A stretch of DNA of 64,000 bases from Candidatus Woesearchaeota archaeon (GCA_043803105.1 JAZDKJ010000013.1:1-64000), one strand, 5' to 3'; shown: positions 29,801 to 38,993, counted from the stretch's first letter. Notes: a model not told the origin generated them from the letters alone. Translations and numbers: made by a program.

Positions 29801-31029
29801 GCGCAGATGGGCATGACAATAACTGCAATAACGAGAGGGACTATGACGGAAAAGACACAATGGGCAGTTATGTATCAAAGGGAGATGCATCATGTCCAGT
29901 AGCTGTAAACAACATAGCAACTGTAAGCTCAGTATGCCCGAGCGCACACTTAAACGTCAACTGCACATTAAGCGTTGCAGGAGTAGGGAGCACTACTGCT
30001 TTTATAGGAGCAAGCCAATGCAGCCTGACAAAATGGGTAGGCAGTGTTGCGGTCTTTGATTGTGTTGCGCCCAGCAGTGCAGGCAGCGTTACAGCACAAT
30101 GCAGCATTGACACAACAAAGTCCTACCAAACAGGAACAGATAAAACAGCAACAGTAAGTGTGGGAGGAACAAACTGCTGCTCAGCATACTCAAACCAGCC
30201 GGGCTGCGAGGCTGACAGCGTTTGCGAGTGGTGTGTCTCATGTGATGCAATGACCAGATTCAGCGGGAACCCAAGCGCAGCATGCGTGAGAAAAGGAAGC
30301 TGCACATATTCGTGCAAGAAAGACTCATGCAGTGCAAAATGTGACGGAAGCAACGGCTGCAATCCACTTTCAACATGCGACCTGGCAACTTGCGAGTGCG
30401 TTTGCGGAGACTCTGATGGCGGCAAGAACTACAATGTAGCAGGCACGACATCACTAGGCTTGACTACAAATGTGGATAGCTGCACAGGAAGCACCCTGAC
30501 TGAATACTACTGCGAAGCGAACGCAATAAAGTCAGAGAGTTACAATTGCCTGGCAGGATGGGGCTGCGTTAGTGGAGCCTGTGTGCCACCGCAGTGCACT
30601 GCAGGAAGCTGCTGTGACCAATCAACGAGGCCATACAAATTCTATCCTGCAGGCTACATGTGCGACCCGCAAAAAGTATGCAGTTCAAACCAGCTCTGCC
30701 AGTACACTGTATGTGATAGTACGGGCAACTGCAACCAATTGATTGGATGCAGCAACTGCGCAGGACAAACCAAGGGACAATGCGGAATAGCAACGGGTGC
30801 GTGCATAACCAAGGCAGGGGATGATGATTGCGCATTCACGGACAGCGCATCAAAATGCGTTGATTGCAGCACATACTGTGACAGCTCATTTACCTGCACG
30901 CTCCTGCCTTCTCAGGGAGGCTGCAACTACAGGTATGATGAATGCGTGGCAGCAGCAAAGCCTGGGGGCAGCCCTAGCGACCCTGTTGAATGCCCATGTC
31001 ATAACTACTGGACGGGGTGTTTACCATGA
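26899..31029 (+). CDS. Giant secreted Cys-rich protein A2 (1376 aa), paralog of A1
   Basis: Signal peptide, NBR1-like Ig domain (AQFVSQSV...FQWRML...WFG), an internal duplicated domain ending KSYQTGT, and a C-terminus shared with A1. Confidence 0.85.
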   Translation: MQRNDYGKVALFVLLFFASLSTAKATYCVSGTSCAAHPIGYVCCNSPTATLTCGSSPRNWGSPGVCPKSICIAATCSGGSPVCGTAYIAHGTTDTGCSGNYNGCNGYACHCSGTGACEAACTDNDGNMNPYTRGTMDAAPSGPGGEATDYCQTTQQVVEYYCLDSGAGTSTFASCPTNYFCTTGACTYCAGCNYGGACYPGNTNSYCGSGGAPCSTCGQVCYLQACCTPNCVGKCGGASNGCGGTCTAACPSPQVCNVQTCCTPTTCASLGKSCGSWPNGCGTNLNCGTCNDYNFCTSDVCSAAGACIYTAYCTGSDTSCGCSSCTNCNLNDAYVGGYFCSSGDVYQVYRNYYCSGTSCTYSDSSLLIQDCGANVCCNGGCCAAGQICQAAGCIAAYNAQFVSQSVSPVMTIGQQYSVSVTMKNTGGNTWTQSNNYKLGSQNPQDNSRWSVARALLGASDAIATGQSKAFSFTVTAPATAGTYNFQWRMLQEAVTWFGDFSTNLAVCVASTCASLGKQCSSWPDGCSGTLNCGACINGYSCSSGSCVCPGCLSGGYCYAGNTSTLCGAGGIACQACSSGQVCSGGTCVVGTEVCSTAGDENNNGECDYDSSTCSHGDIACPVGITAISVTNANPIAGSSINVSCTSTRTGVNSIIASIDGVGTCSWGKWNGNVAIFSCPVGAAYGTRTARCWVNTAKSYQTGTNMTYSINVLASTCSVYASSSSCIDDTRCNWCSSCSGTKYTGGSDRCVEAGSCPAPYCWTGQCGAECDPTNYVCNDKDSCSSCPGCSYSDYYCTANCGCDFTSNNPDSLQAYCAGCSRNWVAGGEGTVFGEYNPGTITACCGDDSGEYYQPTDAGTQNICCNAASDCAINSLCVASGSADTTNNYCCYSNSNADGTKETCATYSNGATCFSNGVNTCNALSGWACSYTTTTCTSSAECTGLCGSKKCVFTDSGIYNYTEPTTETNCADGHDNNCNNERDYDGKDTMGSYVSKGDASCPVAVNNIATVSSVCPSAHLNVNCTLSVAGVGSTTAFIGASQCSLTKWVGSVAVFDCVAPSSAGSVTAQCSIDTTKSYQTGTDKTATVSVGGTNCCSAYSNQPGCEADSVCEWCVSCDAMTRFSGNPSAACVRKGSCTYSCKKDSCSAKCDGSNGCNPLSTCDLATCECVCGDSDGGKNYNVAGTTSLGLTTNVDSCTGSTLTEYYCEANAIKSESYNCLAGWGCVSGACVPPQCTAGSCCDQSTRPYKFYPAGYMCDPQKVCSSNQLCQYTVCDSTGNCNQLIGCSNCAGQTKGQCGIATGACITKAGDDDCAFTDSASKCVDCSTYCDSSFTCTLLPSQGGCNYRYDECVAAAKPGGSPSDPVECPCHNYWTGCLP

Positions 31030-31523
31030 AAACCTGGATGACAGCAATCCTGTTTTTGCTCCTTGTACCGATATCGACAGCTGAGCTTAACGTGCGCCTG
31101 ATTTCATACAACGCAGACACTACAGAATCGAGGATACTGCTTCAGAACACAGGGCAGACAGACTACACCAACCTCAAAATTTTAATAGACAACATGACAA
31201 CTGACCTGAGTGGTGGGGTATTAAAGTCCAAGACAGGATGGCTGCTGGCAAAACTCGTGCAACCAGGAACACACCAAATAAGGATTGTGGCCGGAGAGCA
31301 AGTAATCATTGAGCAACAGCTAATATTCCCAGAAGCGGCAAAGCACATAGAGAGCTATGTTGCGCCGGTAGTAACGGGAACAAGCGAAAAAAAGGACAAT
31401 TCATGGATTTATGTTGTAATCGGGGCTGCAATCACAATAGCGGTATTGCTAATGATATACGGGCTTAAAAGAGCACACAAAGCGCCGAAAGGCAGGTATC
31501 CTGATCAATTACGCAGAAGATGA
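31026..31523 (+). CDS. Membrane-anchored small Ig-like protein B2
   Basis: ATGA overlap with A2. AELNVRLISYNADTTESRILLQNTG aligns with B1 AEININLISYNAETQEARILIANTG; one TM helix. Confidence 0.8.
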   Translation: MKTWMTAILFLLLVPISTAELNVRLISYNADTTESRILLQNTGQTDYTNLKILIDNMTTDLSGGVLKSKTGWLLAKLVQPGTHQIRIVAGEQVIIEQQLIFPEAAKHIESYVAPVVTGTSEKKDNSWIYVVIGAAITIAVLLMIYGLKRAHKAPKGRYPDQLRRR

Positions 31524-34500
31524 ATAAGGTCCTGATTGTGTTTCTTTTTTTGGCAATTCTGGTTCCGATAGCGGCAAGAGCGTCATGCGAGGGAAAGGTA
31601 TGCTGCAACAATGAGTGCAACCAACAAGCTAGGTGTTGTGCACCAGGCACTTCAGAATGGAATGGGCTTGCAGTATGCGGCTGCAACAGCAAGCTGAACG
31701 TGCAGTGCGACACTATGAACCTGGGAGACTGCGTTCAATGCATATGCACAAGCCAAAAAGACTGCAGCTGGTCAATAAAAGACTGCGGCAAATGCGCAAG
31801 CTGCCAATATGATGACATCGCAAACCCCGGATACAGCAGATGTGTCAGTAGCGCCTGCGTATCCTCACAAGACAGATGCCTGGAAATAGGCGAGATAGAC
31901 GATAACGAATGCTGCTATGGAAATGACCTTTTAAGCAACACCAAGCCGACAAACTGCGCATACAGTGAAGGGGCAGTGCCGTTGAAGTACAGACTAGAAC
32001 ACTGCACAGGACAGAAATGTGGCGGCACTGGCTGGGAATGCTACAATGATGTGCGGGACACGGGCTGCACAAGGTGCCTGGACTGCGACAACAACCAGGC
32101 ATGCGACCCAAACATAGACAGCGACAATGACGGCTTTATCGACAGCTGCGATAATTTTGACAATGATGCATGCTCTGTAGTCACCCAAGGCGACAATTGT
32201 GACAATAAGTTCAGCATGGGGGGAATCTACGGCAAGGGCTGCGGTAAGAGCAATGATCCCGGCTCAAGTTATTGCACCACATGCGACACTGACTCTGACG
32301 GAATAAAAGACTGCCAGGACAAATGCCCAGAGACAACAGACGGGTGCAAGAACTCCATAGGAGTGGTACTCACAAGCGGGGACCCAAGACTAGGCTGCCC
32401 AAAGAGCTGCGGCGGCCAATGCCAGAATGACCAAGGGTGCATCTGCGAGAGCTGCGACCAATGCGGTTCTGGAGGGGGCTGCAGCTTTCAAGAGTGCACA
32501 AACCAATGCGGGGGCCAGCCATGCTACTTTATCTCGCAGACCATGGGCTCGGATAAATGCGACTTCTGCACAACCAACCCTCCACAATCATGTGAAGATT
32601 ACAACAATGCGGAAACATGCAACCTGCATCCATGCGGGAACTTCAAATGTGCATGGACTGAGTGCCGATGGTATGACATTGGGTGCAAGAACTGCAGGCT
32701 GGACACGGATGATGACGGAAAGGCGGACATAACAGACAATTGCCCAAATGATTACAATCCCGGCCAACAAGACCAAGACGGTGACGGAAAAGGAGATGCA
32801 TGCGAATACTGCAAATACGAAAAAAACATGTTTACACCGGAAACGGAGATAGAAGAAAAATGCACGGACACGAAAGACAATGATTGCGACAGCACAGGCT
32901 GGAAAAGCAGCGATGTCGGGAACAGCGAAGACTGCCTTGATGCAGACTGCACGCAGGTCAAAGGATGCCCAGGAGGAAGCTGGCCAAGGGTATGCAAAGA
33001 GGGAGACGATTGGGTCTCGGAAGACCAAAAAACCGTATGCGACGAGGGAGTTCCAGTACAATGCAGCGGCCGAATTCCCTGTCAAAGAAGGTGGGTAAGG
33101 AATTCAGTGTTTTTCTGCAACGAAACGCATTGGATCAATAAGACACAATGCGAGATAATGGGCAGGTGCAACAACGGCTATCATTTTTATCACGGAGGCA
33201 GAAAGGTCTGCAACCTTAACACAGGACAACCGGAAGAAACATTCTGCGGAGACGGCCTAATAACCCAAGGAGAGCAATGCGACGGCAAGAATTGGGGCTC
33301 GATAACAGGATGCACAAGCTTCACAAGCTTTACTGGAGGAAACCTTGAATGCGATGCAGGCTGCACATTTAGCACCACACACTGCACAGGGGGCGACGGA
33401 ACATGCGGGGACGGAGAAGTCCAGCCAGGAGAGGAATGCGAGACCAATGTAGGATTAAGCGATTGCAAAAGCCTTGACACATTTGATCCTGGACAATTAA
33501 GCTGCCACAATTGCAAGTATGACACTACCGAATGCACCAAGGGCGGACAAGGGTACTGCGGAAACGCGGAACTGGACGGCGGCGAGCAATGCGACCCGAG
33601 CAGCGGAATAGAACCACCAGGATGCACAAGGTTTGACAATTTCAACGGTGGAACAACAACATGCACAGAGTGCATGGTGGATGTGGGTGGGTGCAGTGGC
33701 GGAACAAGCGGCACCTGCGGCAACAATAGGGTAAACACGGGAGAGCAATGCGATGGGACAGACTGGGGGCACATAACAGACTGCAAAGACTTCAGGTTCC
33801 TAGGTGGAGTATTAACCTGTTCAAATGACTGCAGGTTTGACACATCAGCCTGCATAGGAGTTGGGAGTTATTGCGGCGACGGATTCATTGACCCTGGGGA
33901 AGACTGCGACGGGACCAATTGGGGGCATAGCATCAATGGATGCAATGACGTGAACAGCAGGTTCACGGGAGGAACGCTCGGTTGCGGGAAAGACTGCCAC
34001 TTTGACACAAACAAATGCTTTGCTCCCGGACAAGGCATCTGCGGGGACAACCAAATCAACGGGGGAGAGGAGTGCGACGGCACCAACCTCAACTGGAAAA
34101 CATGTGTGTCATTCGGATTCCTAGAGAGCACCAACCTAAAGTGCAAAGAATGTAAGTTTGACACGAGCGAGTGTACTTCAAACCAAGCGTATGACCCAGA
34201 TAGCTCAGCACAACTCTGCGAAGAGCTTGTACCAGGGCAACAGGGAACATGTGATGTGCAGGGTGAGTACGGATGCTGGATTACAGACGGGATGGGAGCA
34301 AACAGCAAATGCTGCGGAGATGACTCCACAGCAGATGATTGGATGAACAAGACAGGATTATCAGCATGTTCAGAAGGGGGTTACTGCCTAGACGCTGACT
34401 GCTCTGAACTGCTTTGCAAAAATCGGATAATGGGCACTGGCACAAACTGCGCTCATGAACTCACAAAATGCTGGAGCGAAACAGACAAGGCATGCTGCGG

Positions 34501-34645
34501 AGATGATATTCAAGAGAGCTGGAGCTATGAGACAAATCAGGCACTAAACCAGTTATTGGTGGCTCAAACCTGCTACGAAGGCAAATGGTATGACAGGAAC
34601 CAAGGCATCATAACATATTACGGCCTATCAACAATAACGCAATGA
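31520..34645 (+). CDS. Secreted Cys-rich protein C2, paralog of C1 with expanded repeats
   Basis: TSP3 repeats, 6 CG(D/N)...E.C(D/E) repeats, and N- and C-termini shared with C1. Confidence 0.85.
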   Translation: MNKVLIVFLFLAILVPIAARASCEGKVCCNNECNQQARCCAPGTSEWNGLAVCGCNSKLNVQCDTMNLGDCVQCICTSQKDCSWSIKDCGKCASCQYDDIANPGYSRCVSSACVSSQDRCLEIGEIDDNECCYGNDLLSNTKPTNCAYSEGAVPLKYRLEHCTGQKCGGTGWECYNDVRDTGCTRCLDCDNNQACDPNIDSDNDGFIDSCDNFDNDACSVVTQGDNCDNKFSMGGIYGKGCGKSNDPGSSYCTTCDTDSDGIKDCQDKCPETTDGCKNSIGVVLTSGDPRLGCPKSCGGQCQNDQGCICESCDQCGSGGGCSFQECTNQCGGQPCYFISQTMGSDKCDFCTTNPPQSCEDYNNAETCNLHPCGNFKCAWTECRWYDIGCKNCRLDTDDDGKADITDNCPNDYNPGQQDQDGDGKGDACEYCKYEKNMFTPETEIEEKCTDTKDNDCDSTGWKSSDVGNSEDCLDADCTQVKGCPGGSWPRVCKEGDDWVSEDQKTVCDEGVPVQCSGRIPCQRRWVRNSVFFCNETHWINKTQCEIMGRCNNGYHFYHGGRKVCNLNTGQPEETFCGDGLITQGEQCDGKNWGSITGCTSFTSFTGGNLECDAGCTFSTTHCTGGDGTCGDGEVQPGEECETNVGLSDCKSLDTFDPGQLSCHNCKYDTTECTKGGQGYCGNAELDGGEQCDPSSGIEPPGCTRFDNFNGGTTTCTECMVDVGGCSGGTSGTCGNNRVNTGEQCDGTDWGHITDCKDFRFLGGVLTCSNDCRFDTSACIGVGSYCGDGFIDPGEDCDGTNWGHSINGCNDVNSRFTGGTLGCGKDCHFDTNKCFAPGQGICGDNQINGGEECDGTNLNWKTCVSFGFLESTNLKCKECKFDTSECTSNQAYDPDSSAQLCEELVPGQQGTCDVQGEYGCWITDGMGANSKCCGDDSTADDWMNKTGLSACSEGGYCLDADCSELLCKNRIMGTGTNCAHELTKCWSETDKACCGDDIQESWSYETNQALNQLLVAQTCYEGKWYDRNQGIITYYGLSTITQ

Positions 34646-35769
34646 AAAAAGCACAGTACCAAATATTCATTTACATAGGAAGCGCATTATTAGTAATGCT
34701 GCTACTTGTTTTCAGCTTCAAGGCGATAGAGGCATTCAGATCAAGCCAGAGGTTAGCCACTGTCATAGAATTCGAAGAGAAACTCAAGTCAATAGTGGAC
34801 CTGCTTGAGGGAGATTATGGGAGCGTACAGCAGTTGGAACTAAGAGTGCCGGACGATGTGGACACAGTATGCTTTATAGACCTTTCAAAAAAAGAAGCAC
34901 TTTTGAAGAGCACAATAGTTGAAGCCTATCCAGCAATAAAGAGAAGCATAGAACAAAATGTGCAAAAAAACACCTTCCTTTTGTCAAAAACAAGGATCAG
35001 GGAGTCATTCTACCCCGGGAACCTGTGCCTAAGCAGCCCATACTACAAATGCATAGACACGTCAGACCATTACCTGAAAATCCTGGTAAAAGGAAAACAG
35101 AATTGCGTAGACATAATAAAGCCGCTCCAAGCAATAAAGATCAACAACATAAAAAACATGTCAAAGTATGCCACAAACCCAATTCTTATGATTGAAGAAA
35201 CAGCAGGACAATCCAGGATATTGCAGCTTGTGCCAGTGGCGATCTGGAACAACAAGGCAGGCGGCATTACGAGCTATCCATACTTTGTGTACTTCCAGAA
35301 AGGCACGCCAACAGCAAACGACTTCACGCAATTACTCACAAAGCACCCAAACGCAGGAGAGCTAAGGTTCTTTGGCCAAATACCTGGTGTGCTTGTTCCT
35401 GGAGACAGGATAAAACAGGACAGCCTAGAGGGATATTCAGGGTATTGGGACACAATGGTCGATGTTGTAGTAATAAGCAGTTCTGACACAGAAGGGGCGC
35501 TTGTGAGCTCATTATTCGCATCATTCTTGGTAGCTCCAATGATAACATTGGACGCAGGCAATTATGGTATGTATACAAATTATCTCAAGGACACAAGGGT
35601 CTACATCATTGACAAGGAAGAATTGGACGGGCCGGTAAGGCAGTATATAGACAACAACGCGAAAGAAGTGGTGGATGAATGGGATTACCAAGACCTTCAA
35701 ACCCAGCCTGAGCTAAATCCTTACGTAGCCTTGATGTCACAAATACTGCCATCAATATACATGCACTAA
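34642..35769 (+). CDS. Class III signal peptide (pilin-like) protein D2
   Basis: MKKA|QYQIFIYIGSALL; colinear with D1 (VCFID, PYYKC, SKY.TNPIL, SSLFAS). Confidence 0.8.
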   Translation: MKKAQYQIFIYIGSALLVMLLLVFSFKAIEAFRSSQRLATVIEFEEKLKSIVDLLEGDYGSVQQLELRVPDDVDTVCFIDLSKKEALLKSTIVEAYPAIKRSIEQNVQKNTFLLSKTRIRESFYPGNLCLSSPYYKCIDTSDHYLKILVKGKQNCVDIIKPLQAIKINNIKNMSKYATNPILMIEETAGQSRILQLVPVAIWNNKAGGITSYPYFVYFQKGTPTANDFTQLLTKHPNAGELRFFGQIPGVLVPGDRIKQDSLEGYSGYWDTMVDVVVISSSDTEGALVSSLFASFLVAPMITLDAGNYGMYTNYLKDTRVYIIDKEELDGPVRQYIDNNAKEVVDEWDYQDLQTQPELNPYVALMSQILPSIYMH

Positions 35770-35770
35770 A

Positions 35771-37078
35771 ATGGTGGACAAGAATCTGCTTTCATACATA
35801 AGAGAAAATCTTCGAAGAGGAGTAAGGGTTGAGGCAGTCAGAGCTACATTACTCAAAGAAGGTTACAACCACAAAGAAATAGATCATGCAATAGGCCTTG
35901 AGGCGCCAATAAGACCTCAAGCAAGGGTTGTGACCCAAGCGAAGCAAAAAGAGGCAAAGCGACCAAAGAGTTCTATCAAGGAAGTGTTAGGCAGACTAAT
36001 AGGGCTGTGCATCAAGTACAAGAGGTTTTTGCCTTACGCAATACTTGTGACAATGCTTATTTTGCTTGTCTTCCTTATCATGATGTCAAGGATCAAGCCA
36101 CCTACACTGGAATTCCTTGACCAGGCAACACAAACACCTGTCAGGGGGTCTGTGTTCTACAACGGTGTCTACCTAGGAACCACCACAGGCACATTTAAAG
36201 AGTTGCCGAAGGAATTCTGCGAAGGAGAAGGATTAATCGAGGTATACACAAAGCTAGGAACCATAGCCTGGCGCACAAACAAGAGCGACTGCTCGCACAT
36301 GAGCCTTGTGTTGAACGTCAAGTATGCCGAGATACAAGAGGTTTTCTTCTACGTGACACTGCAATTCCTCACAGAGGAAGATAGGAAACCAGTCAACGGC
36401 ACTCTTTTTATAGACGGAAAAGAGGCTGGAAAAATACAAGGATCGTACCAAATGACCAAAAGTGAATGCCCGCAAGTGCACATACTTAACCTAACAAAAA
36501 TTGAGAATGCAAAGGTGCCAAGAAAACACATGGAATGGCAGCAGAACCCAGCACATTGCGAAGACGAAGTGATAAGATACTGGATACCGGCAAACCTTCC
36601 GGTACCACAAGAGATCCTACCAACAATAAACGTGACCAACAACACAGCCATAATCATGAAGATGCAGCAAGAATATGAGAAAGCATTGCGCGAGTGCAGC
36701 AATTACTGCCCGAACACCACAAACTGCACGCACAAACAAAAAGCAGAGTACTGCTCCAGCTTTGTGAAAGATGCAGACCTGGATGCAAATGGACATGTAG
36801 GAGACTTTATAGCAAACTTCTTCGGAGAATTTGGGGTCTGCGAAGACAGGGTCTATTGCTCACAACTCACGTATTGCCAATGCGACCAGACACTAACATT
36901 CGAAAGCTGCAGACCAATATTGTGCGGCGAATTTGCGCTGCAGAGGATGACAAAAGAAGAGGCAACAGCTGCCCTAAAAGAAACCCTCCAGGAAGGAAGA
37001 TGCCAGGGTGATGAAAGATACAATTACCAACAGTCCTGGTGGAGCAACATGCAAAACAAGCTGAACTGCACCGGGTAA
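35771..37078 (+). CDS. Membrane-anchored protein with duplicated beta domains and a Cys-rich C-terminus
   Basis: N-terminal LLSYIRENLRRG...LLKEGY domain, TM helix, two L.F......PV.G....G repeats and CEDRVYC. Confidence 0.75.
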   Translation: MVDKNLLSYIRENLRRGVRVEAVRATLLKEGYNHKEIDHAIGLEAPIRPQARVVTQAKQKEAKRPKSSIKEVLGRLIGLCIKYKRFLPYAILVTMLILLVFLIMMSRIKPPTLEFLDQATQTPVRGSVFYNGVYLGTTTGTFKELPKEFCEGEGLIEVYTKLGTIAWRTNKSDCSHMSLVLNVKYAEIQEVFFYVTLQFLTEEDRKPVNGTLFIDGKEAGKIQGSYQMTKSECPQVHILNLTKIENAKVPRKHMEWQQNPAHCEDEVIRYWIPANLPVPQEILPTINVTNNTAIIMKMQQEYEKALRECSNYCPNTTNCTHKQKAEYCSSFVKDADLDANGHVGDFIANFFGEFGVCEDRVYCSQLTYCQCDQTLTFESCRPILCGEFALQRMTKEEATAALKETLQEGRCQGDERYNYQQSWWSNMQNKLNCTG

Positions 37079-37110
37079 GATTTAAAAGTGCAAAAGAATT
37101 CTAGGGAAGA

Positions 37111-37839
37111 ATGGAATTTGAGGAAACGCTAAGGGTCATAGAAATCACTGAAGAGACCCCAGACGTGAAAACGTATACATTGGAGAAGGGAAAGGTAGAC
37201 TTTATACCGGGGCAATATGCCCTAATATCGCTCCCTGATCTTGAGCAGGTGAGAGAAGAGGAAAGACCGTTCACCTTCGCCTGCTCACCCGCTAGAAATT
37301 ACGTGGCGCTCACAATAAAAAAGACAGGATTCTTCACTGGCATCATCCACAAACAAATCAGGAAAGGCAACAGCCTAAGGCTGAGAGGACCTTTTGGAGA
37401 ATCACTCAACATTGACATGGCTGCAAAGAGGATTGCGCTCATTGCAGGCGGTTCTGGAATAACACCTTTCAAAAGCATGATAGACTATGTGTTAGATAAA
37501 CAGCTCAATATGGAAGTATGCCTCTTTTTCTCCAACAGAACAGAAGAAGACATAATATACAGGAAACAATTCGACAAGATACTTCAAGAAAACATCAAGA
37601 TAGTCTGCACGCTAACCAACGAAAAACCAGAAGGATGGAAAGGAGAATTGGGATTTATAAATGCAGAAATGATACAAAGGCACCTTGAAAAACCAAGAGA
37701 ATGGCTGTACTATTTCTGCGGGCCGCCTCCAATGATATCAGCAGTAAAGCAATCGCTGATTGGCATCGGGATTACTGAAGACAGATTTAGGATAGAGGAC
37801 TGGATGGTTCCGGGAAAGCACGACAAAACTAACGCTTAG
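37111..37839 (+). CDS. FNR-like FAD/NAD(P)-dependent oxidoreductase
   Basis: PGQY, RPFT, GPFG, IAGGSGITP and YFCGPPPM motifs. Confidence 0.9.
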   Translation: MEFEETLRVIEITEETPDVKTYTLEKGKVDFIPGQYALISLPDLEQVREEERPFTFACSPARNYVALTIKKTGFFTGIIHKQIRKGNSLRLRGPFGESLNIDMAAKRIALIAGGSGITPFKSMIDYVLDKQLNMEVCLFFSNRTEEDIIYRKQFDKILQENIKIVCTLTNEKPEGWKGELGFINAEMIQRHLEKPREWLYYFCGPPPMISAVKQSLIGIGITEDRFRIEDWMVPGKHDKTNA

Positions 37840-38920
37840 CAAGCACTCTCTCTTTCGCAATCTGCATTGCAGCCTGTCTCGGCAGAAAAGCCTTTGAGGC
37901 AGCCAATTCAAGGACTGTTTTGGTATTGGAAGAGACTTTCTTCTCGACTAACTCAAACATCTCTTTATCAGAGCCTCCTTTGTACTCAACGTAAGAGCTT
38001 ATGACTCCGCCTGCATTAGCAACAAAATCTGGCACAACAAGAACTCCCTTCTTATGGAGTGCTTCTTCCACATAATTTCCCATAGGGATGTTACTGCCTT
38101 CCACAATGAGCTTGAACTTCAGCCTGGAAACATCTGCCTGCTTAATGAGATCTGGGACAGCAGCAGTGATGAGTATATCTGCCGGAACATCAAGGATGCT
38201 ATTGTAACCTGATTTTGACGCAGTCATGTAATTAATGACAGAGCCAGTGTCCTTCTTGACCTTGGCAAGAGAATCAAAATCCAGGCCGGCCTTGTCATAA
38301 ACAACACCTTTGCTATCTGACACAGAAACTATAGTGGCACCATAAGAAGCCAGATGCATTGCTGCAAACCAACCAACATTACCAAAGCCTTCAATCGCCA
38401 CTGTTGAACCCAACAAGTCCAGGCTGGCAAAAGGAGCAGCGACCCTTACAGAATGAAAAACACCAAAGCCAGTGCTCCCAAGCTCATGAGGCAGCCCAGC
38501 CATAGACCTGGGCTTGCCTGTACAGCTCTTCAGGCTGCCATTAGCATCTGCAAACCAAGCCATTTCCTGCTCGGCAGTATTCATGTCAGGTGCAGCAACA
38601 TAAAGATAAGGGCAAACAGGCTTAATAGCCTTAGAAAAAGCCTTGATTATTTGCTCTTTGGTTTGCCTAAGCATGTTATGATCATATGCGATAATTCCAG
38701 ACTTTGCACCACCAAAGGGAAGGCCTGCGATAGAGCATTTCCAAGTCATTACCCGGGCGAGCCTTGCAGTCTCATCAACAGTAACAGAAGGAGTAAGCCT
38801 TATGCCTCCTTTGCCAGGACCAAGCACTGTATTATCTATAACCACAAAACCTTTCATTCCGGACTGTGAATCGTAGACGGTCAGAATCTTTTCTGGACCA
38901 AACTCATCATAATCAACCAC
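37829..38920 (-). CDS. gdhA: Glu/Leu/Phe/Val dehydrogenase (glutamate dehydrogenase-like)
   Basis: GPGKGGIR, MTWK, PFGGAK, APDMNT, EGFGNVG and PDFVANAGGV. GTG start chosen from the GGGGTG RBS. Confidence 0.88.
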   Translation of the reverse strand: MVDYDEFGPEKILTVYDSQSGMKGFVVIDNTVLGPGKGGIRLTPSVTVDETARLARVMTWKCSIAGLPFGGAKSGIIAYDHNMLRQTKEQIIKAFSKAIKPVCPYLYVAAPDMNTAEQEMAWFADANGSLKSCTGKPRSMAGLPHELGSTGFGVFHSVRVAAPFASLDLLGSTVAIEGFGNVGWFAAMHLASYGATIVSVSDSKGVVYDKAGLDFDSLAKVKKDTGSVINYMTASKSGYNSILDVPADILITAAVPDLIKQADVSRLKFKLIVEGSNIPMGNYVEEALHKKGVLVVPDFVANAGGVISSYVEYKGGSDKEMFELVEKKVSSNTKTVLELAASKAFLPRQAAMQIAKERVLAKR

Positions 38921-38951
38921 GCAAACACCCCGCAAAAATTAAAAGAAAAAT

Positions 38952-38993
38952 TTACTTAGACTTCTTTTTTGTTCCGCAACATCCGCAACCCAT
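38952..38993 (-). CDS. 13-aa Cys-rich micro-ORF MGCGCCGTKKKSK
   Basis: GGAGGTGA SD 5 nt before the ATG and a TTTAAAAG box further upstream. Not in the ORF track. Confidence 0.6.
   Translation of the reverse strand: MGCGCCGTKKKSK

Noticed and set aside
17719-35769. Many antisense and alternate-frame ORFs of 60-220 aa
   Set aside because: They are shadows of Cys-rich, stop-poor coding sequence and have no motifs or RBS support.
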